A DNA stretch of 64,000 nt from an uncultured Haloferula sp. (lineage in GTDB: Bacteria > Verrucomicrobiota > Verrucomicrobiia > Verrucomicrobiales > Akkermansiaceae): NCBI GenBank assembly GCA_965652295.1, contig CBFGTS010000002.1:64001-128000 (forward strand), in the 5' to 3' direction. The first letter of the stretch is position 1; each line of letters starts with the position of its first letter. Below the pieces are notes generated by a model. The model worked only from the letters and a program-made list of their open reading frames with translations, was not told the DNA's origin and did not search any database. The position numbers were made by a program, and so were the translations under genes. Shown in pieces: positions 31,002-40,301 of this stretch.

Positions 31002-31559
31002 TCAGGTGGACTGGCGTTTGGAAAGGACGACCACGCCGACGGTGGCGACGAGGAGCAGGACGCCGATGATCTGCAGCGGCAGGTTGTACTGCGTGAACGC
31101 GATCTGGCCAACGAGGTTGACGTCGGGCAGATGCCCGGCGGCGAGTTTCTCGGAAAGTCCGGGGCTTGAGGTCTCGAAATGCTCCGCGGCCGCCACGAGA
31201 TCAAGCGGCTGGGAGGCCTTGTCCTCCGAACTCCCGAGGATTCCGAGGAGCTGGATGGTGAAAGCGAGCACGATGCCCAGCCCGCCGATCGCCGGAATGA
31301 GTTTGGGTGTTCGCTTCTGCTCCGTTTTCAAATCCAGGAGCATGATGATGAAGATGAACAGCACCATGATCGCGCCGGCATAGACGAGGATCTGGATGAT
31401 CCCCACGAAGAAGGCGTTCAAGCCGATGAAGAGCCCGGCAAGGCCGACGAAGGAAACGACCATCGACAGCGCCGAAGCGACCGGATTCGGCAGGGCGATC
31501 ACCGCGAGTCCGCCAAGCAGCATCAGAATCGCAAAGATCCAGAAAAGAGTTAGAGGCAT
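31002..31559 (-). CDS. nuoJ: NADH-quinone oxidoreductase subunit J
   Basis: NPVASAL and QILVYAGAIMVLF motifs. Confidence 0.95.
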   Translation of the reverse strand: MPLTLFWIFAILMLLGGLAVIALPNPVASALSMVVSFVGLAGLFIGLNAFFVGIIQILVYAGAIMVLFIFIIMLLDLKTEQKRTPKLIPAIGGLGIVLAFTIQLLGILGSSEDKASQPLDLVAAAEHFETSSPGLSEKLAAGHLPDVNLVGQIAFTQYNLPLQIIGVLLLVATVGVVVLSKRQST

Positions 31560-31580
31560 CGGAAAGTTTGCTGGTGTCTA

Positions 31581-31654
31581 GTTTTCGGTTTCAGCGGTAG
31601 CCGGAGAATCTCCAGTGCCGGTCGCAGGTGCCCCTGAAACCGAACACTGAAAAC
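31581..31654. repeat. Intergenic inverted repeat built from about 7-nt units
   Basis: GTTTTCGGTTTCAG (31581-31594) matches CTGAAACCGAACAC (31634-31647) at 13/14, followed by TGAAAAC. Confidence 0.6.
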
Positions 31655-31662
31655 GAATCAAC

Positions 31663-32229
31663 TCATTTCAACTCGTTCCACTTGTTGACGAGCCCGACGC
31701 GGACGCCGCCGATCTCGTAGAGTTTCTTCTTGTCGTGAACCATTTCCGCACGGCTGCCGCCGGTAATGAGGTAGTCCTTGCGGAGGAAGATCGCCTGCTC
31801 GGGACAGACTTCCTCGCACATGCCGCAGTAGATGCAGCGGATCATGTCGATATCGAACTCCTTGGGGCGCTTCTCAACCTTGGCCCAGGGGTCGTCGTTG
31901 GGGATCTCGCCGGGTTCGATGCGGATCGCCTTCGGCGGGCAGATGAACTCGCAGAGCTGGCAGGAAACGCAGCGCTCGCGGCCTTGCTCGTCGGTCACCA
32001 GAGCGGGCGCGCCGCGGTAGTATTCCGGCATCTGGTCGTCCCAACGCTGCTCGGGAAACTGCATCGTCGCACCGAGACCGGAGGACTTCAGCGTGTCGGC
32101 CCCGCGGGTTTTTCCGCGAAGCGAGTCGAAGGCGTGCTTCATCGTGATGAAGAAGCCTTTGACGATGGCTCCGAGGTAGAGCTTTTCGCCTGTGGCGAGG
32201 TCGGGGCGTTTGACTTTGATGACTGCCAT
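31663..32229 (-). CDS. nuoI: NADH-quinone oxidoreductase subunit I
   Basis: Two 4Fe-4S motifs, CVSCQLCEFICP and CIYCGMCEEVCP. Confidence 0.95.
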   Translation of the reverse strand: MAVIKVKRPDLATGEKLYLGAIVKGFFITMKHAFDSLRGKTRGADTLKSSGLGATMQFPEQRWDDQMPEYYRGAPALVTDEQGRERCVSCQLCEFICPPKAIRIEPGEIPNDDPWAKVEKRPKEFDIDMIRCIYCGMCEEVCPEQAIFLRKDYLITGGSRAEMVHDKKKLYEIGGVRVGLVNKWNELK

Positions 32230-32244
32230 CGGGTGGGAAGGGGA

Positions 32245-33513
32245 TCAATTGGAGCCGAGCAGGCCGTAGTTCGGCTTCGACTTGAATTCGGACGAGCGCA
32301 GGGCCCAGATAAGGCCAGCGGTAACCGCGGCGAGCACCACCAGGCCGACGACGGTGATCACGGAGCCTAGTTGCGGCGCGGCGATCACGAGGGCGGCGAG
32401 GAAGACGTTGATCAGTGCGGCTTCGAAGAAAATCACCCACCCGAGGCGCATCAGCTGATCGTAGCGGAAACGCGGCACGGTCCAGCGGACGAGAATGAAG
32501 AACAGGATGAAGGCCACCAGTTTCGTCATGAAGACACCGAGGTGGATCAGACCGCCGATCTTGAAACCACCGATGGCGAAGTTCGAGATGTTGTCATCGA
32601 ACCCGAATCCGAGCGACCAGCCGCCGAGGAAAAGCGTCACGATGAGTGCCGAGCCGATCACCATGGCAGCGTATTCGCCCATGAAAAACATGGCGAACTT
32701 CATCGAGGAATACTCGGTGTGATAGCCACCCACGAGTTCGGTTTCGCACTCCGGCAGGTCGAAGGGCATCCGGTTGGTTTCGGCGAAGATCGAGACGGTG
32801 AAGATCACAAAGGCGATGAACGCCGGGATCCAGAAAAGCAGCTTTGAGCTGAGAGTGTGCTCCGCGTCGTTCCCCCAGAATGGCAGCAGCAGCCAGCCGT
32901 GCTCGGCTTGTTGCTGGACGATATTCGAGAGGTTGAGGTCGCCGTAGTAGAGCAGCACCGGAATGATCGAGAGGCCGAGCGCGATTTCGTAAGAGATCAT
33001 TTGGGCCGTCGCGCGGACGCCACCGACGAAGGGATACTTCGAGTTCGACGACCACCCGGCGAGGGTGATGCCGTAAACGGAGAGCGAGGCGATCGCGAAA
33101 ACGAACAGCGGACCGACGTCGAGATCGGCGATGACCAGCTTCACCTCTTCGCCCGAGAAGCCGATCGGCGAGCCGAAGGGAATCACGCACACGGTGATCA
33201 ATGAGGGCACGACGACCAGTGCGGGAGCCAGCCAGTAGAAAGCCTTGCGGACGTTCGAGGGGGTGAAGTCCTCCTTGAGAAAGAGCTTCAAGCCATCGGC
33301 CATCGGCTGGACGAGACCGAAGAGGTGGAAATCCTTCTTCGCGCCGAAGAGCGTCAGTGGAATACCGACGCGGTTCGGGCCGACGCGGTCCTGGATGATG
33401 GCGGAAAAGCGGCGCTCGAAATAAACCGAGACCGGCACCAGCGGCAGGACGACCATGAAGGTGAGCCCGATGACCTTGGCGGCGATGATCGCGAGTTGGA
33501 TGAGGAAATCCAT
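32245..33513 (-). CDS. nuoH: NADH-quinone oxidoreductase subunit H
   Basis: QDRVGPNRVG, AQMISYE and AETNRMPFDLPECETELVGGY motifs. Confidence 0.96.
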   Translation of the reverse strand: MDFLIQLAIIAAKVIGLTFMVVLPLVPVSVYFERRFSAIIQDRVGPNRVGIPLTLFGAKKDFHLFGLVQPMADGLKLFLKEDFTPSNVRKAFYWLAPALVVVPSLITVCVIPFGSPIGFSGEEVKLVIADLDVGPLFVFAIASLSVYGITLAGWSSNSKYPFVGGVRATAQMISYEIALGLSIIPVLLYYGDLNLSNIVQQQAEHGWLLLPFWGNDAEHTLSSKLLFWIPAFIAFVIFTVSIFAETNRMPFDLPECETELVGGYHTEYSSMKFAMFFMGEYAAMVIGSALIVTLFLGGWSLGFGFDDNISNFAIGGFKIGGLIHLGVFMTKLVAFILFFILVRWTVPRFRYDQLMRLGWVIFFEAALINVFLAALVIAAPQLGSVITVVGLVVLAAVTAGLIWALRSSEFKSKPNYGLLGSN

Positions 33514-33539
33514 GGAATCAGAGAAGCAGAGAGAAGGAA

Positions 33540-35279
33540 TCAGCCGACGATTTCACCCGCGGCCTTGCGGGCCTTTTCGTTTTCGAGCAGCGGAATGGTG
33601 ACGCCGGTTTCGGTGACGGGGACACCGAGATCGCCGATCTTGGAGAGGGTCATTTCGGCGAATTCGGGCACGCCGGCGGCCATGTCCTTGAACACGTCCT
33701 CGATGAGGAAGGGACCGGTCGCGCTGGAGAGGTCGCGGAGGATCTCCCAGTCGTCGCGTGCTTCGGCCGGCGGTTCGACCGCGCGGTTGAGGCGTTGGAG
33801 GCGACCCGTGACGTTGACCATCGAGCCGCGCTTTTCGGCGAAAGCCGCGCCCGGCAGGACGACGTGGCTGGCCTCGGCGGTCGGGCCGGCAAGGAGCTGG
33901 ACGGAAGCGAGAAACTCCACCTTGCCGAGATCCTCCTTGGTGAAGCCGGCCTCCGCGGTAAGGTCTTCGCCAAATACGAGCAAGGCTTTGATCGAGCCGC
34001 TGCGGACGCCATGGACGATCGATGCGAGGCGGAAAGCGGTGTCCTCGCGCCGCCAAACGAGCTTGGCACCGGTGCTGTTCGGATTGCGGTCGGCGGAGAT
34101 CAGTTTGCCGTCGCTTTCGCCCATGCGGGGCACCGTGGTGACCTGCTCGATGCCGTGCTGGTGGGCCAGCTTCATCGCCATGTGCAGCTCTTCGTTGGTC
34201 ATTCGCGCGGAGGCGACGATCGCCACCTGCTCGGCGGGGTAGCTGGCGAGGCCTTCGCGGACGACCGCCAGCGCCTGATCCCACTCGGCGGGCTGGTGTT
34301 TTCCATCGAGCTTGATGAGCGGCTGGGTGAGCCGCTCCGGCGAATCGATGTAGTGGAAATTCAGGCGGTGGGAATCCGGCAGCCAGCAGGAGTTGACGTC
34401 GTCGTTCTGACGTGGGGTGATGCGATAGACCGTGTTGCCGCGGGTCCAGACGATGATGTTCGCGCCGGTGCCGCAATTGACGTCGATGGTCTTGGTCTCC
34501 TTGAGGAACCAGACCCGCATCTCGAAACGGAAATCGTTGCTGGTCAGAGCTCCGACCGGGCAGATGTCGGCGGTGTTCAGCGAGTAGTTCGAGTCGAGCT
34601 TGCGACCCGGGTGGACCGTCAGCGTGGTGTAGGTGCCACGCTGGGTGAAGCCGAGGACCGGATCGTCCGCGACCTCGTCCATGAAGCGGATGCAGCGGCT
34701 GCACATGATGCAGCGCTCGTCGTCGAGCCGGATGCGCGGGCCGATATCGACGTTCTTCGGCTTCTTGACCTTCATGTCGACGAAGCGCGAAACGCCGCGT
34801 CCGTAGCCGACGGAGTGTTCCTGCAAGCGGCATTCGCCGGCCTGGTCGCAGATCGGGCAATCCAGCGGGTGATTGATGAGCAGGAACTCCATCACGCCCT
34901 CGCGGACTTTTTCCACCAGCTCGCCGTGGGTGCGGATGCCCATGTTTTCCCCGACGGTGTTGGCACAGGCGATGACCGGACGGGGCATCCAGCCGATTTC
35001 CTGGTAGCCTTCCTCGTTGTAAACGGGGTCCTGACCGGGAGCGGGTCGCGGCGGCATCCCCATCTGGACGAGGCACATGCGGCAGTTGCCCGGCGAGGAA
35101 AGCTTCGGGTGGTAGCAGTAGTGCGGGACATCGACGCCGAACTGCCGGCAGGCCTCGATCATCCGCGTGCCCTTCGGGACCTGGCGCCAGATGCCGTCGA
35201 TCTGCACGTTGACCATGCCCTTTTCGGCGGCAAGATCCTTGGGAAGGCGGGCTTCTGCGGTGGATGCGGAATCGCTCAT
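33540..35279 (-). CDS. nuoG: NADH-quinone oxidoreductase subunit G (short form)
   Basis: CYHPKL…GNCRMC, NHPLDCPICDQAGEC, CIMCSRC and ICPVGAL motifs. Confidence 0.93.
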   Translation of the reverse strand: MSDSASTAEARLPKDLAAEKGMVNVQIDGIWRQVPKGTRMIEACRQFGVDVPHYCYHPKLSSPGNCRMCLVQMGMPPRPAPGQDPVYNEEGYQEIGWMPRPVIACANTVGENMGIRTHGELVEKVREGVMEFLLINHPLDCPICDQAGECRLQEHSVGYGRGVSRFVDMKVKKPKNVDIGPRIRLDDERCIMCSRCIRFMDEVADDPVLGFTQRGTYTTLTVHPGRKLDSNYSLNTADICPVGALTSNDFRFEMRVWFLKETKTIDVNCGTGANIIVWTRGNTVYRITPRQNDDVNSCWLPDSHRLNFHYIDSPERLTQPLIKLDGKHQPAEWDQALAVVREGLASYPAEQVAIVASARMTNEELHMAMKLAHQHGIEQVTTVPRMGESDGKLISADRNPNSTGAKLVWRREDTAFRLASIVHGVRSGSIKALLVFGEDLTAEAGFTKEDLGKVEFLASVQLLAGPTAEASHVVLPGAAFAEKRGSMVNVTGRLQRLNRAVEPPAEARDDWEILRDLSSATGPFLIEDVFKDMAAGVPEFAEMTLSKIGDLGVPVTETGVTIPLLENEKARKAAGEIVG

Positions 35280-35330
35280 GTCTATGCGAGGAAACGTGCG
35301 TTCAGCACGGCCGGGAGGCGGCGCGGCGGG

Positions 35331-35359
35331 AATATGGAAACCGCCCCTGCCAGCGGCAA
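35331..35359 (-). promoter_or_regulatory. Putative sigma70 promoter of nuoG-N
   Basis: Minus strand TTGCCG-17 bp-CATATT, 52 bp upstream of the nuoG ATG. Confidence 0.5.
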
Positions 35360-35365
35360 GCGCAC

Positions 35366-35385
35366 TTTGTGAAAAGTTTCACAAA
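35366..35385. promoter_or_regulatory. Rex-box / CRP-type operator upstream of nuoG
   Basis: TTTGTGAAAAGTTTCACAAA is an exact match to TTGTGAA-N4-TTCACAA and also to TGTGA-N6-TCACA. Confidence 0.75.
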
Positions 35386-35456
35386 CTCGGGCCGCAGGCG
35401 AGGACGCAGGGCCGGGACACGCACAAATATGCGGAACCCAGCCGATTTCCCGAGAT

Positions 35457-36020
35457 TCAGGCCCGGCTCATGTAGGAGCCGTCGTCGGTCTTGATGAGGA
35501 GGCGCTCACCGGGGTTGATGAAAAGCGGCGCTTGCACGACGAGGCCGGTCTCCATGGTGACGGTCTTGTTCGAATTGTTGGCGGAGTCGCCCTTGATGCC
35601 CTCGGGCGCCTCGGCGACGATCATTTCCATGGAAGGCGGAAGCTCGATGTCCGCCACCACGCCATCCGCGAAAAGCAGGGTGTAGATCTGACCCTCGATG
35701 AGGTAATCCTTCACCAGATCGATGATCTCCTCCGGGACCACGACGTCATCGTAGGTTTCATTGTGGAGGAAGTGATGGCCGGCCGAGTCCTTGTAGGAAT
35801 ACTCGTGAGCGATGCGCTCGAGCATCACGCCTTCCAGCGAGTCGTTCGAGGTCAGGCGCAGGTTGGAAACCTTCTTGGTGGCCACACTGCGGATCGACAT
35901 CTGCACGTAGGACGCCATGCGTGGCGGGGTCTTGAGCTCGTGGGAGATCACGACGCAAACGTCGCCATTGTGACGGACCGCGTGACCGCGGCGGAGATTG
36001 ATGACAGGAGTGCTGGCCAT
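35457..36020 (-). CDS. efp: Elongation factor P (atypical loop TPPRMA)
   Basis: 187 aa; IELPPSM, PEGIKGDS, METGLVVQAPLFI and T..GSYMSR are EF-P C-terminal motifs. Confidence 0.92.
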   Translation of the reverse strand: MASTPVINLRRGHAVRHNGDVCVVISHELKTPPRMASYVQMSIRSVATKKVSNLRLTSNDSLEGVMLERIAHEYSYKDSAGHHFLHNETYDDVVVPEEIIDLVKDYLIEGQIYTLLFADGVVADIELPPSMEMIVAEAPEGIKGDSANNSNKTVTMETGLVVQAPLFINPGERLLIKTDDGSYMSRA

Positions 36021-36146
36021 GTTGCGGAGCGGGATAGGCGGCGACCCGGCCGATGGCAAGGATGGAGTAGGGGCATGAAACGGGAACACGCACCTCCGCT
36101 CGCTCGTGGACTACCGCCGGAGCGTGCCGCGGACGCAGACCGGTGA

Positions 36147-36929
36147 TCAGGCAGCCGCCGGGGTGCCGTGACGAACGAGAAACTCGTCGGCCAGTGAAAG
36201 GTAACTGGTCGCACCGGCGCCGGATGGGTCGTGCTCAAGGATGGTCCGGGCGTGGCTCGGAGCCTCGCTGATGCGGACCGTGCGCGGGATGACGGTGCGG
36301 TAGAGCTCCTCGGGGAAATAGTTCTTCACCTCCTCAATGACCTGGCGGGAAAGATTCGTCCGGTTGTCGAACATCGTCATCACGATGCCTTCGATCCGCA
36401 GATCAGGACTGGCACCGCTCTGGCGGATTTCGTCGATGACCCGGACGATTTTTGCGAGCCCCTCAAGGCCGTACCATTCGCATTGCAAGGGCACCATCAC
36501 TTCATCGGCCGCAGCCAGGGCGGAGGTCATCAGCACGCCGAGCGAGGGCGGAGTGTCGAGGATACAGTAGTCAAAAAGGTCGTTCGGTTTCAGCCCCTGC
36601 AGGATGCCGCGCAGGCGGGTGAGGTGGTCATCGCTGCGGGCGAGCTCGATTTCCACCCCGGCGAGATCCATGTGCGATGGGATCATCCACAGCCGCTCGC
36701 GGCCGGTCTCGCGGATGGTCTGCCGCACGTCGTGATCACCGATCAGCGAAGGATACACCGTGTCCTCGCCCTCGCATTCGATGCCGAGTCCGCTGGTGGT
36801 GTTCGCCTGCGGGTCGAGGTCGATGAGCAGCACGCGCTGGCCGCGGGCGGCGAGTGCGGCGGAGAGGTTCAGCGCGGTGGTGGTTTTACCCACGCCACCT
36901 TTTTGGTTTCCGACGGCAACGACCTTCAT
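36147..36929 (-). CDS. parA: ParA/Soj family ATPase
   Basis: NQKGGVGKTTT, DLDPQAN, DTPPSLG and PLQCEWYGLEGL motifs; no adjacent parB. Confidence 0.9.
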   Translation of the reverse strand: MKVVAVGNQKGGVGKTTTALNLSAALAARGQRVLLIDLDPQANTTSGLGIECEGEDTVYPSLIGDHDVRQTIRETGRERLWMIPSHMDLAGVEIELARSDDHLTRLRGILQGLKPNDLFDYCILDTPPSLGVLMTSALAAADEVMVPLQCEWYGLEGLAKIVRVIDEIRQSGASPDLRIEGIVMTMFDNRTNLSRQVIEEVKNYFPEELYRTVIPRTVRISEAPSHARTILEHDPSGAGATSYLSLADEFLVRHGTPAAA

Positions 36930-37054
36930 TTCTTCAGCGGGCGGCAGCATTCCGATCCGCGGGCGGGGTGGCAAACAAAACCGGGACCGATCTCCAAATC
37001 ATGCCGCGGTGGTTTTGCTGGCCACCGCCTCCCGGGCATGGCGAAACAACCGGC

Positions 37055-39919
37055 GTGCGCGAGTGGACGAAAGACCGGATCCGCAAGGAGGCGGCGTGGC
37101 AGATCTTCAAGGAAGGCGAGCGGCTGGTGGAAAGCGGCGCGGTGCCCGAGGTGAGCTGCCGCAACGGCATCGTCTCCGGCCTCTTCGTTCAGGGCAAACA
37201 ACGCATCCGGACGGTTGTCCGGACCGCGGGGGTGTTGGAGGTGGACTGCCAGTGCGCCGAGAATCGCTCCACCGGTGCGGTCTGCCGACACGCGGTGGCT
37301 CTGATGCTTTCCCTGCTGAAGGAGAACGATCGGCCGACCGCGCGGACACTACAGCCGGCACCCGCTCCGATTCCGGTTCGTGCCTCCGAGGTCCAGTTCC
37401 CACCGAGCTGGCAGAAGGCGCTCGCTACCGGAAGTCTCGCCGTCCGCATCCGCTGGATCGATGGCGAGCCCGACGATGGCGATGTCGCGCTCTGCCGTTG
37501 GTGGGGCGCAGCCGGGCAGGGGGATCGCGAGCCGGGCCAGCTCCACCTCAACGGGGAAACCCTCGGCACACTTCTGACCGCCCTGGAGTTCCACACGCGG
37601 CTTCATGGACCGGATGGAGAAATCGAAGGCGGAAATATTTTACCGGTGACGCTCACCGAAAGCCGACGCTCCGAGGGTGGGCTTGAGTTGGCGTGGAAAC
37701 CCGACGGACGCCGATGGATCTCCCTTCCCGGATTCACCGGATGGGTGGTCGGTCGCGGATTTGCACGGATCTCGGCAGACGAAATCGAACCGGAAACCAA
37801 GTCGCGGATTCGCGAGCTGCTGGAGACAGGCCGGACGCGGATCCCAGACGAAGCTTTATCCAGCGAACTCCAGCTGTGGCTCGATCTTACCGCCGAGCCG
37901 CGTCCGGGATGGCTCGGCACCATCCGGATCGAAGCCCGACCGCCTGCGGTCCGCATCGAGCTGGAAGGATCTCTGAACGCCCTTGATGCCACGGTGCGGG
38001 TCGATTCCCCATCAGGGAGCGATTTCTCCAAGCTGATCGTCGAGGAACCAGGCCACCGGGAGAGCTTGCTTCGCGAGCTGCGGGATCCCGGCTTCCAAGA
38101 ACGGGAAGGGGGCCGCTGGGTCATCCGCGACCCGGCTGCGGCCACCGATTTCCTCGCCAATCGGTTGGAGTCATGGAAGGCGCGCTGGGCCGTGACGATC
38201 GGGCCCAAGCTCTGCCACGTCCTGAAGTCGCTCCACGTCATCCGTCCCGTCATCGAGCCAGTGCAGGGCGGGGGGCTTGCCGTCGAGATCTCATACCAAA
38301 CCGGTGCCGGAAAGCCGGTGCCGCGGGCGAAAGTGCTGGAGCTCATCCGCTCGGGTCGGACCTCGACGAAAACCTCGTCCGGAGCCCAAGTCGTGGTAGC
38401 CCGAGAGGTCTACGAGGATTTCGAGCCCCTCGCCGCCGACCTCGGAATCGCAGGCCCGGAGGGCCGAATTCAACTCGATCCGGCGCGACTTCATTGTTTA
38501 CGTGAATTTCGTGGAAAAAATCACTCTTCCCTCATTTCGAGCGATCTAAGAATTACTCGGCCCGAGCTGAATGGATTCACCCTCCGCGACTACCAGTCGG
38601 AAGGCGTCGCTTGGCTGGTGGATCGCTTGAGCATGCTTGGGGGGGCTCTTTTAGCCGATGAAATGGGCCTCGGAAAAACCGTCCAGACCATCGGCGCCAT
38701 GGCAGCCCTCCGGAAAGCGTCGCCCGGTTGGAAGTCGCTGATCGTGGTGCCCAGCTCCTTGCTCGCGAACTGGGAAGCGGAGCTCGAACGGTTCGCACCG
38801 GAGCTGCGGGTGGTGCGCCTCCACGGAGCCGATCGCGACGAGCGGCGCGACCAGGAAGCCGACGTGGTAATCACCAGCTACGGCACTGTTGTGCGCGACC
38901 TCGCGTTTCACATCCGCGCCGGCTACTCGTTGATGGTCATGGATGAAGCCGGAGCCATCCGAAACCCTTCCAGTCAGACCTCGAAATCCGTCGCCAAGAT
39001 CCCCGCAAAGAGCCGGCTCGCCCTCAGCGGAACGCCGGTGGAGAACCGCCTGCTCGACCTCTGGTCCATTTTCCGGGTCGTCGCCCCGGGATATCTTGGC
39101 TCAAAAGACGATTTTGCCGCCCGCTACACCGATGGCGGCGCGGAAGCCAGAAGGCTTTCGGCGCGGGTGGCTCCGTTCGTTTTGCGGCGAACCAAGTCCG
39201 AGGTCGCCAAGGATTTGCCCGAAAAGTCGGTTTCGGACGTCGTCCTTGAACTCGGACCCGACGAGCGGCGGATCTACCAGGAGATTGCCCAAGCCGGACT
39301 GGCACGCATGGAAGCGATGAAGAGCGAGTCCGCCGCCCGGCTGCATCTCCTAACGGTGCTCCTGCGACTCCGGCAACTCTGCCTCAGTCCGAGCCTCCTC
39401 AATCCCGACTGGAGCCGCGGACCCAAATCCGAATGGCTCTCGGATTTTCTCCGTGAGCGCGCCGAACAAGGCAAAAAGACGCTCGTTTTCAGTCAATTCG
39501 CCGGGTTTTTACGAGAAGCACAAAAAAATATAACCGACGATCACGGAGCAGTATTTCGGCTCGATGGTTCGACCGTGGACCGGGGCGAGCGGGTGAAACG
39601 GTTCCAGCAGCAACCTGGGCCGGCGGTGTTTCTGATCAGCCTCAAAGCGGGTGGATACGGACTCAACCTGACCGCCGCCGACGCCGTGGTGCACATGGAC
39701 CCGTGGTGGAATCCCGCCGCCGAAAGCCAGGCCAACGACCGGGCCCACCGTATCGGCCAAACCTTACCGGTGATGGTTTACCGACTCTTGATCCGTGATT
39801 CCGTCGAACAGCGCGTGCGCCGCCTCCAAGACGCCAAACGCGCCCTTATCGAGGGCATCAATGGTGGCGACGCCGGCCAAGGCTGGTTGCAGGAGGACCT
39901 GGCGGGCTTGTTGCGGTGA
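37055..39919 (+). CDS. SNF2/SWI2-family helicase with SWIM zinc finger
   Basis: CQC…C.H SWIM motif; LADEMGLGKT, DEAG, SGTPVEN, SLKAGGYGLNL and QANDRAHRIGQ. GTG start inferred. Confidence 0.92.
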   Translation: MREWTKDRIRKEAAWQIFKEGERLVESGAVPEVSCRNGIVSGLFVQGKQRIRTVVRTAGVLEVDCQCAENRSTGAVCRHAVALMLSLLKENDRPTARTLQPAPAPIPVRASEVQFPPSWQKALATGSLAVRIRWIDGEPDDGDVALCRWWGAAGQGDREPGQLHLNGETLGTLLTALEFHTRLHGPDGEIEGGNILPVTLTESRRSEGGLELAWKPDGRRWISLPGFTGWVVGRGFARISADEIEPETKSRIRELLETGRTRIPDEALSSELQLWLDLTAEPRPGWLGTIRIEARPPAVRIELEGSLNALDATVRVDSPSGSDFSKLIVEEPGHRESLLRELRDPGFQEREGGRWVIRDPAAATDFLANRLESWKARWAVTIGPKLCHVLKSLHVIRPVIEPVQGGGLAVEISYQTGAGKPVPRAKVLELIRSGRTSTKTSSGAQVVVAREVYEDFEPLAADLGIAGPEGRIQLDPARLHCLREFRGKNHSSLISSDLRITRPELNGFTLRDYQSEGVAWLVDRLSMLGGALLADEMGLGKTVQTIGAMAALRKASPGWKSLIVVPSSLLANWEAELERFAPELRVVRLHGADRDERRDQEADVVITSYGTVVRDLAFHIRAGYSLMVMDEAGAIRNPSSQTSKSVAKIPAKSRLALSGTPVENRLLDLWSIFRVVAPGYLGSKDDFAARYTDGGAEARRLSARVAPFVLRRTKSEVAKDLPEKSVSDVVLELGPDERRIYQEIAQAGLARMEAMKSESAARLHLLTVLLRLRQLCLSPSLLNPDWSRGPKSEWLSDFLRERAEQGKKTLVFSQFAGFLREAQKNITDDHGAVFRLDGSTVDRGERVKRFQQQPGPAVFLISLKAGGYGLNLTAADAVVHMDPWWNPAAESQANDRAHRIGQTLPVMVYRLLIRDSVEQRVRRLQDAKRALIEGINGGDAGQGWLQEDLAGLLR

Positions 39920-40301
39920 AGCCTTGCCTCGGAAGGTTCGAGGGCGGTTCTCGTAGAGCGTACCCTCCGGCGAAATCGCGACAGGGTTTCTCAGAGACGG
40001 CATACGGATGCGCTTCACGGGCGATCAGGGCGCCTTTCTCCCGCGCGGCTCTCATCATCTCGTAGTCCAGCTGCAGCCGCAGCCAGAATCCTTGAGAGGT
40101 CCCGAAATAACGACTCAGGCGCAGATCGTGTTCCGGCGTGCACCGACGACGGCCCTTCTTCATGTCGGTCAGGTGAGGGGAGGGGATGCCGGTTTGGCGA
40201 GCGACTTCCGCCTGAGAAACCGCCCACTCCTCAAGAGTCTCCCGCAACGTCTCCGCGAAGAAGTTCACCAACGGCAGGAGTTCAGAGTCTTCTTTCTTCA
40301 T
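39858..40301 (-). CDS. HigA-like Xre-family antitoxin/regulator
   Basis: SQAEVARQTGI…KGRRRCTPEHDLRLSRYFGTSQGFWLRLQLDYE matches the HigA signature (RL.RYFGTS..FWL.LQ..Y). Confidence 0.85.
   Translation of the reverse strand: MKKEDSELLPLVNFFAETLRETLEEWAVSQAEVARQTGIPSPHLTDMKKGRRRCTPEHDLRLSRYFGTSQGFWLRLQLDYEMMRAAREKGALIAREAHPYAVSEKPCRDFAGGYALREPPSNLPRQGFTATSPPGPPATSLGRRRHH

Noticed and set aside
39858..40010. Second dif/att copy bounding the kinase-HigA block
   Set aside because: No recognisable repeat of the 28-mer was found. The HigA tail overlapping the SNF2 gene probably reflects a lost stop codon, so Xer-mediated insertion remains unproven.
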